From: an uncultured Acidobacteriota bacterium
GTDB lineage: Bacteria; Acidobacteriota; Vicinamibacteria; Vicinamibacterales; CAVVIG01
Length of the DNA: 64,000 bases
Assembly (NCBI GenBank): GCA_963780685.1
Contig: CAWACZ010000006.1
Span: 38,683-102,682 of the forward strand
Direction of reading: 5' to 3'
Under the pieces are notes generated by a model. The model was given only the letters and a program-made list of their open reading frames with translations, was not told the origin of the DNA and searched no databases. Below, in pieces: positions 1-9,913 of this stretch. Position 1 is the first letter of the stretch. Each line of letters opens with the position of its first letter. The translations under genes were made by a program, and so were the position numbers.

Positions 1-3
1 GTC

Positions 4-336
4 GTGGAGACGGTCTCCAAAGACAACATCAGCGAGATTTGGGGTCCAGTCGTCGCTCGAGGGTCCGCACTCGGCACCGTTGTCGGCGGTTGGATCGGAT
101 TCGCAGTTGGTGTGGTGCCCGGTCTTGGCGGCGCTTCGGAGGAAGTCACGTGGCTCGTCTTGATAGGCGCGACCGCTGCCGGCGGGTACCTCGGGTTTCG
201 CTGGTCCAGTCATGAAACCGAGGGCCTGTTCAAAGGCGTGAATGGCTACCGCCTGAACTTCGAGAGCGCCCAGTGGGAATGGACGGAAGTCCGGGTAGTC
301 AGTGTCGTTGGCCCCGGTGGAGGGCTGAAGGGTTGA
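4..336 (+). CDS. hypothetical glycine-rich membrane protein (may continue upstream of the window)
   Basis: The frame is open from base 1. It has two Gly/Ala-rich hydrophobic segments (GTVVGGWIGFAVGVVPGLGG; WLVLIGATAAGGYLGF). No family recognised. Confidence 0.3.
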   Translation: METVSKDNISEIWGPVVARGSALGTVVGGWIGFAVGVVPGLGGASEEVTWLVLIGATAAGGYLGFRWSSHETEGLFKGVNGYRLNFESAQWEWTEVRVVSVVGPGGGLKG

Positions 337-340
337 ATAG

Positions 341-535
341 GCAGCAACTGCTGAAGCTGGCCTTGACGGCGCATTTGGTTGTTCCGACGAAGACGGAGCC
401 TTTCCTGGAGTTATTGCGTTTGGCGGTTCCGAAGGAGGAATGGCCGAGGGCTACCTCGACTTGCTCGTGCCGGAAGGGTTCGCGTGTCTGGCCTTGGCCT
501 ATTTCCTGATCGGAACCTTTCCCCGCATGGCGTGA
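341..535 (+). pseudogene. fragment of a BAAT/acyl-CoA thioester hydrolase-like (dienelactone-hydrolase fold) gene
   Basis: Start-less frame between TAG 338-340 and TGA 533-535. It reads ...DGAFPGVIAFGGSEGGMAEGYLDLLVPEGFACLALAYF..., resembling the PGVI-x-GG...GFA-LALAYF block of that family. Only ~65 codons remain. Confidence 0.3.
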
Positions 536-796
536 CATTTCCGCTGGCGTTCGATCTCGGCGGCAGTCCCGAGGCCGCCAGCGCAGCTCATTCCTCCGCG
601 TGGCGGCAAGTGGTCAGCCATCTGAAACTCGGTCTCGCCCGAACTGGACATTGACGAAGAGCATGCTCACCCTTGCGCTCGACGGCATCCCGGCGCCATC
701 ATGAGGCCCGCCGCAGGCTGGCCGAGATCGCTCGAGCGCGACGATGGACAGCCCGCAGTCCATGCTCATCAACGGCCAGGACCTGTTTCGACATCT

Positions 797-2077
797 ATGA
801 CGCGTAGTGAAGAGGAGCATGCTTCAACCGTGTCCTGGATGCACACGGCCGCAACGTTCAGCCGGCGATCGTTCTTGACGATGGGTGTCAGCCTGGCGGG
901 CGGCGTCGCCCTTGGCGCACCCTGGACGCTCGAAGCATTCCCGCGTTTGCGCGTGACTGGCTTCGAGCTTCTGCCGGTGCGGGCCACAGAACGGACGGTG
1001 TGGCTGATCGTCCGGTTGCGGACCGATGCGGGACTAACCGGCCTTGGAGAAGCCTCGGACGCGTTCGGATTTGCCAACACCACGAAGGAAGATGCCGCGC
1101 GCATGGAAACAGAATTGCGCCGGTTCTTCGGCTTCATCGACGGGAAGTCGCCCCTGGACATCGGCGCCTATCGGCAGAAGGGCGAGCGTCTCGCCGCGGA
1201 GGGAGGGCTGATCTCGGCCACCGCATACAGCGCGATCGAGCAGGCGATGTGGGACCTCGCTGGGAAGGCGCTGGACGTGCCAACCTATACCTTGTTCGGC
1301 GGGAGGGTGAGAGACACGCTGCACGTCTATGCCAACGTCAATCGCGCGACGAAGCCGCGCACGCCGGCGGGATTTGCCGCGGCGGCGACGGCAGCGGTGC
1401 GCGATGGGTTCCGAGCCGTCAAAGCGGCGCCGTTCGACGGTTTTCCTTCGCTCGGTTCACCGACGTCCGCCATCGACACTGCGGTTGAGAATGGGATTGC
1501 CTGCGTGGCTGCCATGCGCGATGCCATTGGCCCGGGCGTCGAGTTGATGGTCGATTGCCACAGCTTCTTCGATGTCCCGCTCGCCGAGCGCGTGGCTGCG
1601 AGGCTCGAGCCGTATGAGTTGGCCTGGTACGAGGAACCGGTGCCGCCCGAGAGAATTGAAGACACCCGCGAGATCCGCCGACGGATCCGTCAACCGATGG
1701 CCGGCGGCGAGATTCTGTACGGTGTCGCTGGATTCGCGTCCCTGAGCCGCAATCAGGCGGTCGACGTGATCATGCCGGACGTCAAGCACTGTGGTGGGTT
1801 GCTTGAATTGACGCGAATCGCCGCGGTTGCCGAGAACGATGGCGTCGCCGTCGCCCCACACAACCCGAGCGGTCCGGTATCGACTGCCGCCAGCATCCAA
1901 GTTTGCGCCGTGCTGAAAAACTTTCGCCTGCTCGAGTTCCAATGGGGAGAGGTCGAGTGGCGCCACGATATCCTCAGCCCGCCCGAGCGGTTCGAGAGCG
2001 GCGCAATTCGGGTATCGGAGCGGCCCGGGCTTGGCGTCGAACTCAACGAAACAGTCGTCCGCGCACACTTGATGTGA
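797..2077 (+). CDS. enolase-superfamily enzyme (mandelate racemase/muconate lactonizing, galactonate-dehydratase-like) with a Tat-type signal
   Basis: The 458-aa ORF (701..2077) contains SRRSFLTMGVSLAGG near the N-terminus. It then shows MR/MLE-like blocks (VKAAPFDG, MVDCHS, LAWYEEPVPP, IMPDVKHCGG, APHNPSGPV). The start is probably ATG 797 or 839. Confidence 0.85.
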   Translation: MTRSEEEHASTVSWMHTAATFSRRSFLTMGVSLAGGVALGAPWTLEAFPRLRVTGFELLPVRATERTVWLIVRLRTDAGLTGLGEASDAFGFANTTKEDAARMETELRRFFGFIDGKSPLDIGAYRQKGERLAAEGGLISATAYSAIEQAMWDLAGKALDVPTYTLFGGRVRDTLHVYANVNRATKPRTPAGFAAAATAAVRDGFRAVKAAPFDGFPSLGSPTSAIDTAVENGIACVAAMRDAIGPGVELMVDCHSFFDVPLAERVAARLEPYELAWYEEPVPPERIEDTREIRRRIRQPMAGGEILYGVAGFASLSRNQAVDVIMPDVKHCGGLLELTRIAAVAENDGVAVAPHNPSGPVSTAASIQVCAVLKNFRLLEFQWGEVEWRHDILSPPERFESGAIRVSERPGLGVELNETVVRAHLM

Positions 2078-2084
2078 GGCCAGA

Positions 2085-2447
2085 ATGCCGACACATATTG
2101 CGAAGCCGACTGTTATCCAAGCCGCCGGCAATCTGCCGAAGCGGATCGAAGAATTTGCCGGCCGCGTCAACTCTGGCCATGCTTCGGTGAGCGTGGCACG
2201 GATGGTCTCGCCAGCCGGCTGGCAGGAGCCAGGGCAGCGGCCGGACTTCGAGGAGATCACCGTCGTGCTGCGCGGCGCGCTGCGAGTGGAACATGATGGC
2301 GGCGCTCTCACGGTGCGGGCTGGAGAAGCGGTGGTGGCGCATCCAGGCGAATGGGTCCGCTACAGCACTCCGGAACCTGGCGGCGCCGAGTACGTGGCCG
2401 TCTGTCTGCCGGCGTTCTCGCCAGAGACAGTCCGCCGCGACGCGTGA
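2085..2447 (+). CDS. cupin domain protein
   Basis: 120 aa starting 8 nt after the upstream stop. Cupin-like beta-barrel pattern (ITVVLRGALRVEHDGGALTVRAGEAVVAHPGEWVRYS). Confidence 0.65.
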   Translation: MPTHIAKPTVIQAAGNLPKRIEEFAGRVNSGHASVSVARMVSPAGWQEPGQRPDFEEITVVLRGALRVEHDGGALTVRAGEAVVAHPGEWVRYSTPEPGGAEYVAVCLPAFSPETVRRDA

Positions 2448-2515
2448 CAATCGACGGCCCTGGCCGTTTCGATCTTCACGGCCATGGACCGTGCGGTTAG
2501 TTGCGGGGCCGTCTG

Positions 2516-3301
2516 ATGACATCGATTGGATTCCCAACAACGCTCCATCAGCAGGTGGCGCACCTTACCGACGAGTTTTTCAATGCTCGTCCGCAGCGGG
2601 TCGACACCGTCCTGGTCGTGAACTCGTGCGCACGAGGGCGAGCAGTGCCGGAGAGCGACCTGGATCTGGCCGTGCTGGTCACCCCGAGCGCAACCGCTCA
2701 GGATGTTCAGAACCTGGAAACAACGTGGCGAGCATTCGTGGCCTCGGACCCCGTGATGATCGAGTTCCGACAGTCCGGTCGCTTTACTCAGGTGCATCTG
2801 GACCTCTTCGACGGACGTTTCGTGCCAACCGATTGGGACGATGGCGGCGGTCCGGATGCCTTCGAAGTGGAGATCGGCAATCGCCTGGCTTATGCAGTAC
2901 CTCTTGGTGAGCCAGGTATCTATTTTCACCAGCTGCAGTCGAAGTGGCTGCCGTTCTACGACGAGGAGCTCTGTATTCGCCGGCTGGCCATGGTGCGAGA
3001 GGCGTGCGCTTACGATCTCGAGCGCGTGCCGTTTTTTCTCAATCGAGGGTTGAACTTCGCGGCCTTCGACTATCTGTACAAGGCGTTCCAGGAATTCCTT
3101 CAAGCGCTCTTCATCGGGCGTCGGACGTATCCGCTGTCGTACACCAAATGGATCAAGGAACAAGTCGCGAACCGACTGAACCTGCCCGAGTTGTATCAAG
3201 CGCTGCCACCACTTCTCTCGGTTCGGAATCTCGACAGCGATGAAGTTGGCGACAAGGCGAGGGCGTTACGCCAGCTGCTCGACCGATGGATTCAGACGTG
3301 A
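2516..3301 (+). CDS. nucleotidyltransferase (Pol-beta-fold NTase) domain protein
   Basis: N-terminal CARGRAVPESDLDLAVLV fits the G[GS]-x(9-13)-DxD NTase signature. A helical C-terminal domain follows. Start is 2501 or 2516. Confidence 0.65.
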   Translation: MTSIGFPTTLHQQVAHLTDEFFNARPQRVDTVLVVNSCARGRAVPESDLDLAVLVTPSATAQDVQNLETTWRAFVASDPVMIEFRQSGRFTQVHLDLFDGRFVPTDWDDGGGPDAFEVEIGNRLAYAVPLGEPGIYFHQLQSKWLPFYDEELCIRRLAMVREACAYDLERVPFFLNRGLNFAAFDYLYKAFQEFLQALFIGRRTYPLSYTKWIKEQVANRLNLPELYQALPPLLSVRNLDSDEVGDKARALRQLLDRWIQT

Positions 3302-3337
3302 GTGAGTCAAGGCCAGGAAAGGAGCTGGTGGGAGTCG

Positions 3338-4321
3338 ATGCGGATTCTTGTGACTGGAAGCGCGGGGCACCTGGGTGAGGCACTCGTTCGGACGCTGAGG
3401 GACCGCGGACACGACGTCGTCGGGCTCGACCTTCTGGATTCTCGCTTTACCACTCACGTCGGCTCGATTACGACTCCTGACGTCGTTCACACGTGCATGC
3501 GTGGCGTCGATTGCGTGATTCATGCGGCCACGCTGCACAAGCCCCACGTCGCAACACACCCACGGAGCGCATTCGTCGAGACGAATGTCTCAGGAACGCT
3601 CAACGTGCTCGAGGCGGCGCTCGGAAGCGGCGTCGCCGGAATTGTATTCAGCAGCACGACGAGCGCTTTCGGCTCGGCGTTGACCCCGGCCCTGGGCGAA
3701 CCCGCGGCCTGGATTACCGAGAACGTTGAAGCGATCCCGAGGAACATCTACGGCGTCACGAAAAAAGCTGCCGAGGATCTCTGCGAGCTCTTTTTCAGAG
3801 CGAAAGGCCTGCCGTGCGTGATTCTGCGCACCTCGCGGTTCTTTCCGGAAGCAGACGACAACGCCAAGCTCCGGTGCCAGTATGACGACCTGAATCTCAA
3901 GGCGAATGAGTACCTGTATCGCCGTCTCGATCTTGCAGACGCAGTCGACGCGCACATCCTGGCCGCGGAACGGGCTTCAACCATCGGTTTTGCCAGGTAC
4001 ATCGTGAGCGCGACAACTCCATTTGAACCGGAGCATCTCGCCAGGCTGCGCACGGATGCCCCAGGCGTCGTTCAGAATCTGTTTCCCGATTATGAGAAGG
4101 CGTACAGCCCGCGCGGGTGGAGAATGCTCACGGGGATCGACAGAGTCTACGTCAACCGCCGGGCTCGGGCCGAGCTCGGTTGGACGCCGCGTTTCGACTT
4201 CGGAAAGGTTCTCGACCAGCTGCAACGCGGAGAGGACATATTCAGTCCCCTTGCCCGAGCCGTCGGGAGCAAGGGGTACCATGCGCAGAGCTTCCAGGAG
4301 GGACCGTACCCTGTAGAGTAG
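3338..4321 (+). CDS. NAD-dependent epimerase/dehydratase (extended SDR)
   Basis: MRILVTGSAGHLGEALV Rossmann motif, plus YGVTKKAAE (the YxxxK catalytic pair). Confidence 0.85.
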   Translation: MRILVTGSAGHLGEALVRTLRDRGHDVVGLDLLDSRFTTHVGSITTPDVVHTCMRGVDCVIHAATLHKPHVATHPRSAFVETNVSGTLNVLEAALGSGVAGIVFSSTTSAFGSALTPALGEPAAWITENVEAIPRNIYGVTKKAAEDLCELFFRAKGLPCVILRTSRFFPEADDNAKLRCQYDDLNLKANEYLYRRLDLADAVDAHILAAERASTIGFARYIVSATTPFEPEHLARLRTDAPGVVQNLFPDYEKAYSPRGWRMLTGIDRVYVNRRARAELGWTPRFDFGKVLDQLQRGEDIFSPLARAVGSKGYHAQSFQEGPYPVE

Positions 4322-4454
4322 CCTCGGGGCCGCGGATGAACCAGATGAAGTTGCCACGGTCACGCCGCCCCGTTGCCGATATCGGGCCGAGGACTTCGAA
4401 GGCCATCGGGGTTCTTTACACAGTTGGACCCGTGGCTGCGCCCAGGACTGAGCG

Positions 4455-5006
4455 TTGAGAGCCATGGATTCGGATTTCCATTTTGGACCAGCTCGAAGAG
4501 GCGAGCAGACCGTGTACGGCGCTCGGATGCCTGACCGATCGTTGACCAGCATCTTGGAGTGGGCCAACTTCATGCGCAGTCAGGGTGTGACCCGAGTATG
4601 CTGCCTCCTCGACGATGGGCAGGTGGCTGATTTCCCGGTCAGCCTCGAGGCTGAGTACAAAAAGCTGTTCGGCGCAGCCCGCATTCTGATGCAGCCAATC
4701 GCCGACCATCATCTCTGCTCAGGGCAAGTGCTCAACGACAACATCCTGCCATTCCTGCGCGCTGCCGACATGGGCGGTGAACGCGTGGTCGTCCATTGCT
4801 GGGGCGGCAACGGCCGGACCGGTCACGTGCTCGCGGCGTGGCTCGTTGCGGCACGAGGGCTGCCGCCGCCGGAGGCCATTGAGGCAGTGGAAGCAGCCGG
4901 ACGACTGCCGCGGGAGGCCATTCTGGCAGGCAACGCGGTGCTTGACGAGTTGATGGAACTGCTGACGAGCTGCAGACCTGACACGCAACGCAGTCCGAGA
5001 GCGTGA
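4455..5006 (+). CDS. dual-specificity/tyrosine phosphatase-like protein
   Basis: VVVHCWGGNGRTGHVLAAWL matches the HCx5R(S/T) P-loop of Cys-based phosphatases. Confidence 0.7.
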   Translation: MRAMDSDFHFGPARRGEQTVYGARMPDRSLTSILEWANFMRSQGVTRVCCLLDDGQVADFPVSLEAEYKKLFGAARILMQPIADHHLCSGQVLNDNILPFLRAADMGGERVVVHCWGGNGRTGHVLAAWLVAARGLPPPEAIEAVEAAGRLPREAILAGNAVLDELMELLTSCRPDTQRSPRA

Positions 5007-5077
5007 GACGTCGGCCCGCAATCGTAATCGCGGCAACTCAAGAACGGATATCCAAGGTGGAGGCCGGAGGAGCCATC

Positions 5078-6095
5078 ATGAGTCGAGTGTTCCTAATCGC
5101 TCTTGTCCTGCTGGCGACGACCGAGACCACGTGGACGCAGCAGCCACGGACGCACGATCTGCGTCTGGCGCCCGAGCACATACACTGGGGCTACTACGAT
5201 GCGCGTGTGCCGCCAGTACCTGCGGATCGGTTCCGGCGACCGCGTACGGGTCGAAACGATGGTCGCGGGCGGACTGCAGCGGGTCAGGTTGGCGGGCATC
5301 AGCGAGTCTGAGATTCCGGAGGCTCTGAAGACCATCGAGCTGCGTGTCACCGAGCGGGGTCCCGGGGCGCATCCATTGACCGGACCGATCCTGGTCGAGG
5401 GCGCCGAGCCCGGTGACGCGCTCGAAATACGTATTCTGGCGATCGAGTTTCTACATCCGTTCGGCGTCGTTGCATTCAGTCCCGGCGGCGGCGTCATTCC
5501 AAGTGACTTTCCCTACGCGCATTTCCGGCTGCTGCGCTGGCAGCTCGGTTCGGACCGCGTCGAGTTCGGTTCCAGCGTCTCGCTCAGGCTCGCGCCTTTC
5601 TTCGGCTCGATTGGGGTCGCACCACCGCCGCTCGTCGGCAGAATCTCGAGCCGGCCGCCAGCGTGGCATGGTGGCAATCTCGACAACAAGGATCTCGTGG
5701 CGGGGTCTACTTTGTATCTGCCCGTGCACGTGCCAGGTGCCCTCCTTTCGATCGGCGACGGCCACGGCATGCAGGGTGATGGCGAAGTGACGGGCACGGC
5801 CCTGGAGACGTCGCTTCGGGGCACATTCGAGGTGCGCGTTCGCAAGGGTCAGCGGCTGCGCTGGCCCCGTGCGGAGACCCCAACGCACTACATCAGCATG
5901 GGACTCGACGAGGATCTCGACGAGGCGACACGACTCGCCACTCGTGAACTGGTCGAGTTTCTCGTCGCGGAGAAAGGGCTGTCACGGGACGATGCGTACG
6001 TGTTGTGTTCCCTGGCGGCCGATCTGCACGTGACGCAGGCTGTTGATCAGACGAAGGGCGTGCACGCGACGATCGCGAAGTCGCTCTTCAAGTAG
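5078..6095 (+). pseudogene. acetamidase/formamidase family protein with signal peptide, one +1 frame disruption
   Basis: The signal peptide and N-terminus (MSRVFLIALVLLATTE...HIHWGYYDARVPPV) lie in the frame of ORF 5003..5311. The rest (LRIGSGDRVRVETM...GDGHGMQGDGEV...) lies in ORF 5103..6095. The switch is at gtacc 5216-5220. Confidence 0.8.
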
Positions 6096-6098
6096 CGG

Positions 6099-7145
6099 TT
6101 GGTTTTCCTTCCAATCCTTTCGATCGGTTGCATATCACATGTGACTTATACGACCTCCGATCGCATTGCTGGCTGCCTGAAGGGCATCGCCGCCGGGGAT
6201 GCCGTCGGCAAGCAAACGGAGATGCTCTCGCCCGAGAACGTGCGGCGTTGGTATCCGCACGGAATCCGAGGCTTCGAGGGACCGCCCGGCGCCATCATTC
6301 CTCGATACGTGGGCAATTCAAGACACGAGTGGCGGATCGGCGAGACCACGGATGACACCGAGCGGACCGTTGCTGTTGCTCGAGCGATCATTGCCGAACG
6401 TCGTGTGTCGCATGAAAGCATCGGTCGGGAAATGCTTGGATGTACCAAATGCGTGCATCCCGGTGTGCAATCGTTGTGGGAGTTTCACCAAGCCGCCGAT
6501 CCCATGCGGATCGCAACGACCCACGACGGGTGTGGGGCAGCGATTCGTGTGGCGCCCGTTGGCATCTTCTATCGTTCGGACTGTTTGGACGAATTGGTGA
6601 GTGGCGCCCGCGAGGCATCCATCTCGACACACGGCGGCTCGTTGGCTATCGCTGCCGCCGCAGCGACTGCCGCAGCGGTTTCGGCAGCCATCGATGCAGT
6701 CCCTCAGCATCAGATTCTCGAGCTTGCCGGGCGGGCCGCGACGATGGCAGAGATCCGATGGTCGGGCCGAGCCGCGGTCGTTTTCGCGACCGCCCTGCGC
6801 GCCGTGCACGAAGACCTGGCCAGCTTACCTGCACTGCAAGCACAAGAAGTGGCAGCGCGCTGCTTTCCGGATCGGCCGCTGACGATCGTGCCCTTGGCGC
6901 TGGCGCTCGCCGCGCTCCTGCCGTCGGCGGAAACCGCGATTCTTCTGGCCGCGAACATCGGTGGAGACAGCGATTCGGTCGCCTCTGTTGCCGGCGGGAT
7001 TCTCGGGGCGCTGCACCCGTCCACGGTCAATCAACGCTGGCACGAGGTCGTCGAACGCGTCAACGAGCACGACCTTGTGGCCCTTGCCGGAGAACTTGCC
7101 TCGCTCCGACGCGGATGTTCAGATTCGGGAATCCGTGGCGCCTGA
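6099..7145 (+). CDS. ADP-ribosylglycohydrolase family protein
   Basis: N-terminal DRIAGCLKGIAAGDAVGKQTE and C-terminal NIGGDSDSVASVAGGILGA are typical ARH metal-site blocks. The real start may be GTG 6141. Confidence 0.85.
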   Translation: MVFLPILSIGCISHVTYTTSDRIAGCLKGIAAGDAVGKQTEMLSPENVRRWYPHGIRGFEGPPGAIIPRYVGNSRHEWRIGETTDDTERTVAVARAIIAERRVSHESIGREMLGCTKCVHPGVQSLWEFHQAADPMRIATTHDGCGAAIRVAPVGIFYRSDCLDELVSGAREASISTHGGSLAIAAAAATAAAVSAAIDAVPQHQILELAGRAATMAEIRWSGRAAVVFATALRAVHEDLASLPALQAQEVAARCFPDRPLTIVPLALALAALLPSAETAILLAANIGGDSDSVASVAGGILGALHPSTVNQRWHEVVERVNEHDLVALAGELASLRRGCSDSGIRGA

Positions 7146-7257
7146 CAAGCGACTTGCAGCCGACCCGGCACAGTGCGACCATGACGCGCCGCGGACGCCT
7201 TTTCCCGTCGGGCAGTTCAGGTCGGCACGTGCGAGCTTAGTGCCGGCTAAACACGAT

Positions 7258-8358
7258 ATGAGGGTTGGAAGCGCGATGCGGTTCGTCCCGTACGGCCAGA
7301 TCGGTTCGGTTCCCAATGTGATCGTCGATGGGGCCGGAACCGACAACACGCTGTTGACGTTGTCGCACTGGCCGAGGAGTGGCACGCCGGCGGAGCTAAA
7401 AGCCGATACGTCGACGGCGATCGTGTTCAACTACTTGGACTCACCCAAGTTCCACGTCGAGGCCGACGTCGTGTCGAATAACCACTTCGACGAGGACGGA
7501 CTGATTGGCATCTTTGCGATGCTCGAACCAGCGCTGGCGCAGCGTCATCGCGACCTGCTCGTGGATGTCGCTCAGGCTGGAGATTTCGGGATCTTCACGA
7601 AGCGCGAGGCAGCACGGATCGCCTTCACCTTGTCTGCCTACGCAGACGCCGATACGTCTCCACTTCCGAAGAGTCTCTTCGAGCTTTCGTATCCCAAGCT
7701 TGCCGGCGAGCTGTATGTGCGGCTTCTCGAGCTTCTCCCGAGGCTGCTCACGAGTGTGAATGATTACCGGGCGCTTTGGGAGAGTGAGGACGCCAAGCTG
7801 ACAACGAGCGAGAAGCTCATCGAGGGCGGGCTCATTACAATCGATGAGCAGCCTGATCTCGATTTGGCCATCGTTCGTTTGCCCGAGGATCTGACTCGTC
7901 GCCCCGTGCATCGATTCACACAGCAACGATTGGCCGAGTGTCATCCGTTCGCGCTTCACAACAGAACTGTCTGCAGTCGCTTGCTCGTTCTGCAGGACTG
8001 CCGGGTTGAATTGCAGTATCGGTACGAAAGCTGGGTCCAAATGGCATCGAGACGGCCATCCCTGCGTGTGGATCTGTCCGGATTGGCAGATGAGCTGAAT
8101 CGCGAAGAGGCGAGCGGGGGACGCTGGGTCTTCGACGGCGTCGATCAGATCACTCCCAGGCTGCACCTGGAGGGAAGCCCCAGCACGTCCGTCCCAGTGG
8201 AGACGATTGTGAAACGGGTCGAGCATCATTTGCGGACGGGTCCATCGGCTTGGAATCCGTACCGATTGACCATCGGTGGTCCTGTTCGCGGCCTCACCAC
8301 CCGATGGAACAGTTGGCGCCCGAAGCGAAAGGGCAGGTGGGGCAGGTGGGTCGGGTAG
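7258..8358 (+). CDS. conserved hypothetical protein (no family recognised)
   Basis: Long ORF with protein-like composition from ATG 7258 or 7276 (MRFVPYGQIGSVPNVIVDG...NNHFDEDGLIGIFAML...). The last ~25 codons run into a 9-mer G-rich tandem repeat that supplies the TAG. Confidence 0.55.
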   Translation: MRVGSAMRFVPYGQIGSVPNVIVDGAGTDNTLLTLSHWPRSGTPAELKADTSTAIVFNYLDSPKFHVEADVVSNNHFDEDGLIGIFAMLEPALAQRHRDLLVDVAQAGDFGIFTKREAARIAFTLSAYADADTSPLPKSLFELSYPKLAGELYVRLLELLPRLLTSVNDYRALWESEDAKLTTSEKLIEGGLITIDEQPDLDLAIVRLPEDLTRRPVHRFTQQRLAECHPFALHNRTVCSRLLVLQDCRVELQYRYESWVQMASRRPSLRVDLSGLADELNREEASGGRWVFDGVDQITPRLHLEGSPSTSVPVETIVKRVEHHLRTGPSAWNPYRLTIGGPVRGLTTRWNSWRPKRKGRWGRWVG

Positions 8359-8385
8359 GGCCTGAAGCGTGAAGAGGACATTCGT

Positions 8386-9903
8386 ATGAAGCGATGTGTG
8401 CTGGTCCTGCTGGTCGGTCTGTGGACCGCGGTCGCAGTGGCTCAGACGAATCCCGCTGCGTTGGCCGCGCGTGCCTGGCGGCAGCAGCACGAGCGCGCCA
8501 TCGTCGACGAGTTCATCAGTCTTCTTTCAATCCCGAACATCGCCAGCGACCGCGACAACATCCAACGCAACGCGGAGGCCATCGCAGCAATGCTGCAGCG
8601 ACGGGGCATTGCGCCGAAACTGGTGTCGGTGCCGGGAGGCAACCCGATGGTGTTCGGCGAAGTCCGCACGCCGGGCGCCACTCGCACGATCGTCTTTTAC
8701 GCGCACTACGATGGCCAGCCGCTCGACCCGAAAGAATGGACCTCGCCACCATTCGAACCGGTCCTGCGCAGTCAGGCGTTGGAAAGCGGGGGCCGAGTCA
8801 TCCCGCTTCCATCTGCGGGAACGCCGTTCGATCCGGAGTCGCGCCTCTATGCCCGGTCGGCTGCGGACGACAAAGCACCGATCATCGCCCTGATGGCAGC
8901 CCTCGACGCGATTCGCGCGGCGGGACTGCAAACGAAATCCAACATCAAGTTTGCGTTCGAGGGCGAGGAGGAGGCGGGCTCGATCAACCTGGAGAGAACC
9001 TTGGCGGCGAACAAGGAATTGTTTTCGGGCGACCTCTGGCTGATGTGCGACGGACCCGTTCATCAAACCCGTCGTCAGTCCCTCATGTTTGGCGCGCGTG
9101 GCATCACGGCGGTGGACATCACCGTCTACGGACCGCGGGCCGAGCTGCACAGCGGTCACTATGGCAACTGGGCCCCCAATCCAGCCCTGATGCTGGCGCG
9201 GTTGCTCGCGACGATGAAGGACGAGAGTGGTCGCGTTCTCGTTGATCGCTTCTACGATGGCATCGAACCGCTTGGAGAGGCGGAGAAGCGCGCCATCGCC
9301 GAAGCGCCTGATATGGACGCGGCTCTGATGAAGGAATTCTGGCTGGGCTCGACCGAGAACTCTCCGAAGCGGCTCGTCGAGCTGATTGCGCTCCCCTCGC
9401 TGAACGTTCGAGGAATGGCCAGCTCGCGGGTTGGCGACCAGGCGTCGAACGTGATTCCTTCCTCTGCCACGGCCACCATTGACATGCGTCTGGTCAAGGG
9501 CATGGACCGTCGGAGGACCGAAGAACGGCTGCTCGAGCACGTGCGCAGGCAAGGGTTCTTCGTCGTGGATACCGAGCCGGGCATGGCCATCCGCTCGGCG
9601 CACCGGAAGGTCGCCAGAGTGACGGGACGACCTGGAGGCTACAACGCGGCCAGGACGTCGATGGATCTCGAGATTTCTCGAGAAGTGATTCGTACGGTCG
9701 AGAGCGCGCGGGGGCCGACCGTGAAGGTGCCAACGATGGGAGGTGGATTGCCGTTGGAGAGCGTCGAGCGGCCGCTCGGCACGCGGACGATCGTGGTACC
9801 AATTGGCAATCACGATAACAATCAGCACAGTTTCGACGAGAACCTCAGAATCCAGAATCTGTGGGATGGAATTGAACTGATGGCCGCGCTGTTGACGATG
9901 TGA
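8386..9903 (+). CDS. secreted M20 family metallopeptidase (dipeptidase-like)
   Basis: Signal peptide MKRCVLVLLVGLWTAVAVAQ. M20 blocks are present (FYAHYDGQP, SAADDKAPI, FEGEEEAGS, HSGHYGNW). Confidence 0.9.
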   Translation: MKRCVLVLLVGLWTAVAVAQTNPAALAARAWRQQHERAIVDEFISLLSIPNIASDRDNIQRNAEAIAAMLQRRGIAPKLVSVPGGNPMVFGEVRTPGATRTIVFYAHYDGQPLDPKEWTSPPFEPVLRSQALESGGRVIPLPSAGTPFDPESRLYARSAADDKAPIIALMAALDAIRAAGLQTKSNIKFAFEGEEEAGSINLERTLAANKELFSGDLWLMCDGPVHQTRRQSLMFGARGITAVDITVYGPRAELHSGHYGNWAPNPALMLARLLATMKDESGRVLVDRFYDGIEPLGEAEKRAIAEAPDMDAALMKEFWLGSTENSPKRLVELIALPSLNVRGMASSRVGDQASNVIPSSATATIDMRLVKGMDRRRTEERLLEHVRRQGFFVVDTEPGMAIRSAHRKVARVTGRPGGYNAARTSMDLEISREVIRTVESARGPTVKVPTMGGGLPLESVERPLGTRTIVVPIGNHDNNQHSFDENLRIQNLWDGIELMAALLTM

Positions 9904-9913
9904 ACAGGTGAGT

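Noticed and set aside
7441-8490. Long antisense or overlapping ORFs. Examples: 7441..8490 -, 8527..9828 -, 16783..18246 +, 37443..38909 -, 44397..45611 -, 55441..57000 +, 61791..63866 -
   Set aside because: Each lies opposite a gene with clear family motifs. Their translations are Arg/Ala/Pro/Gly-rich low-complexity strings, typical of stop-poor alternative frames in high-GC DNA.
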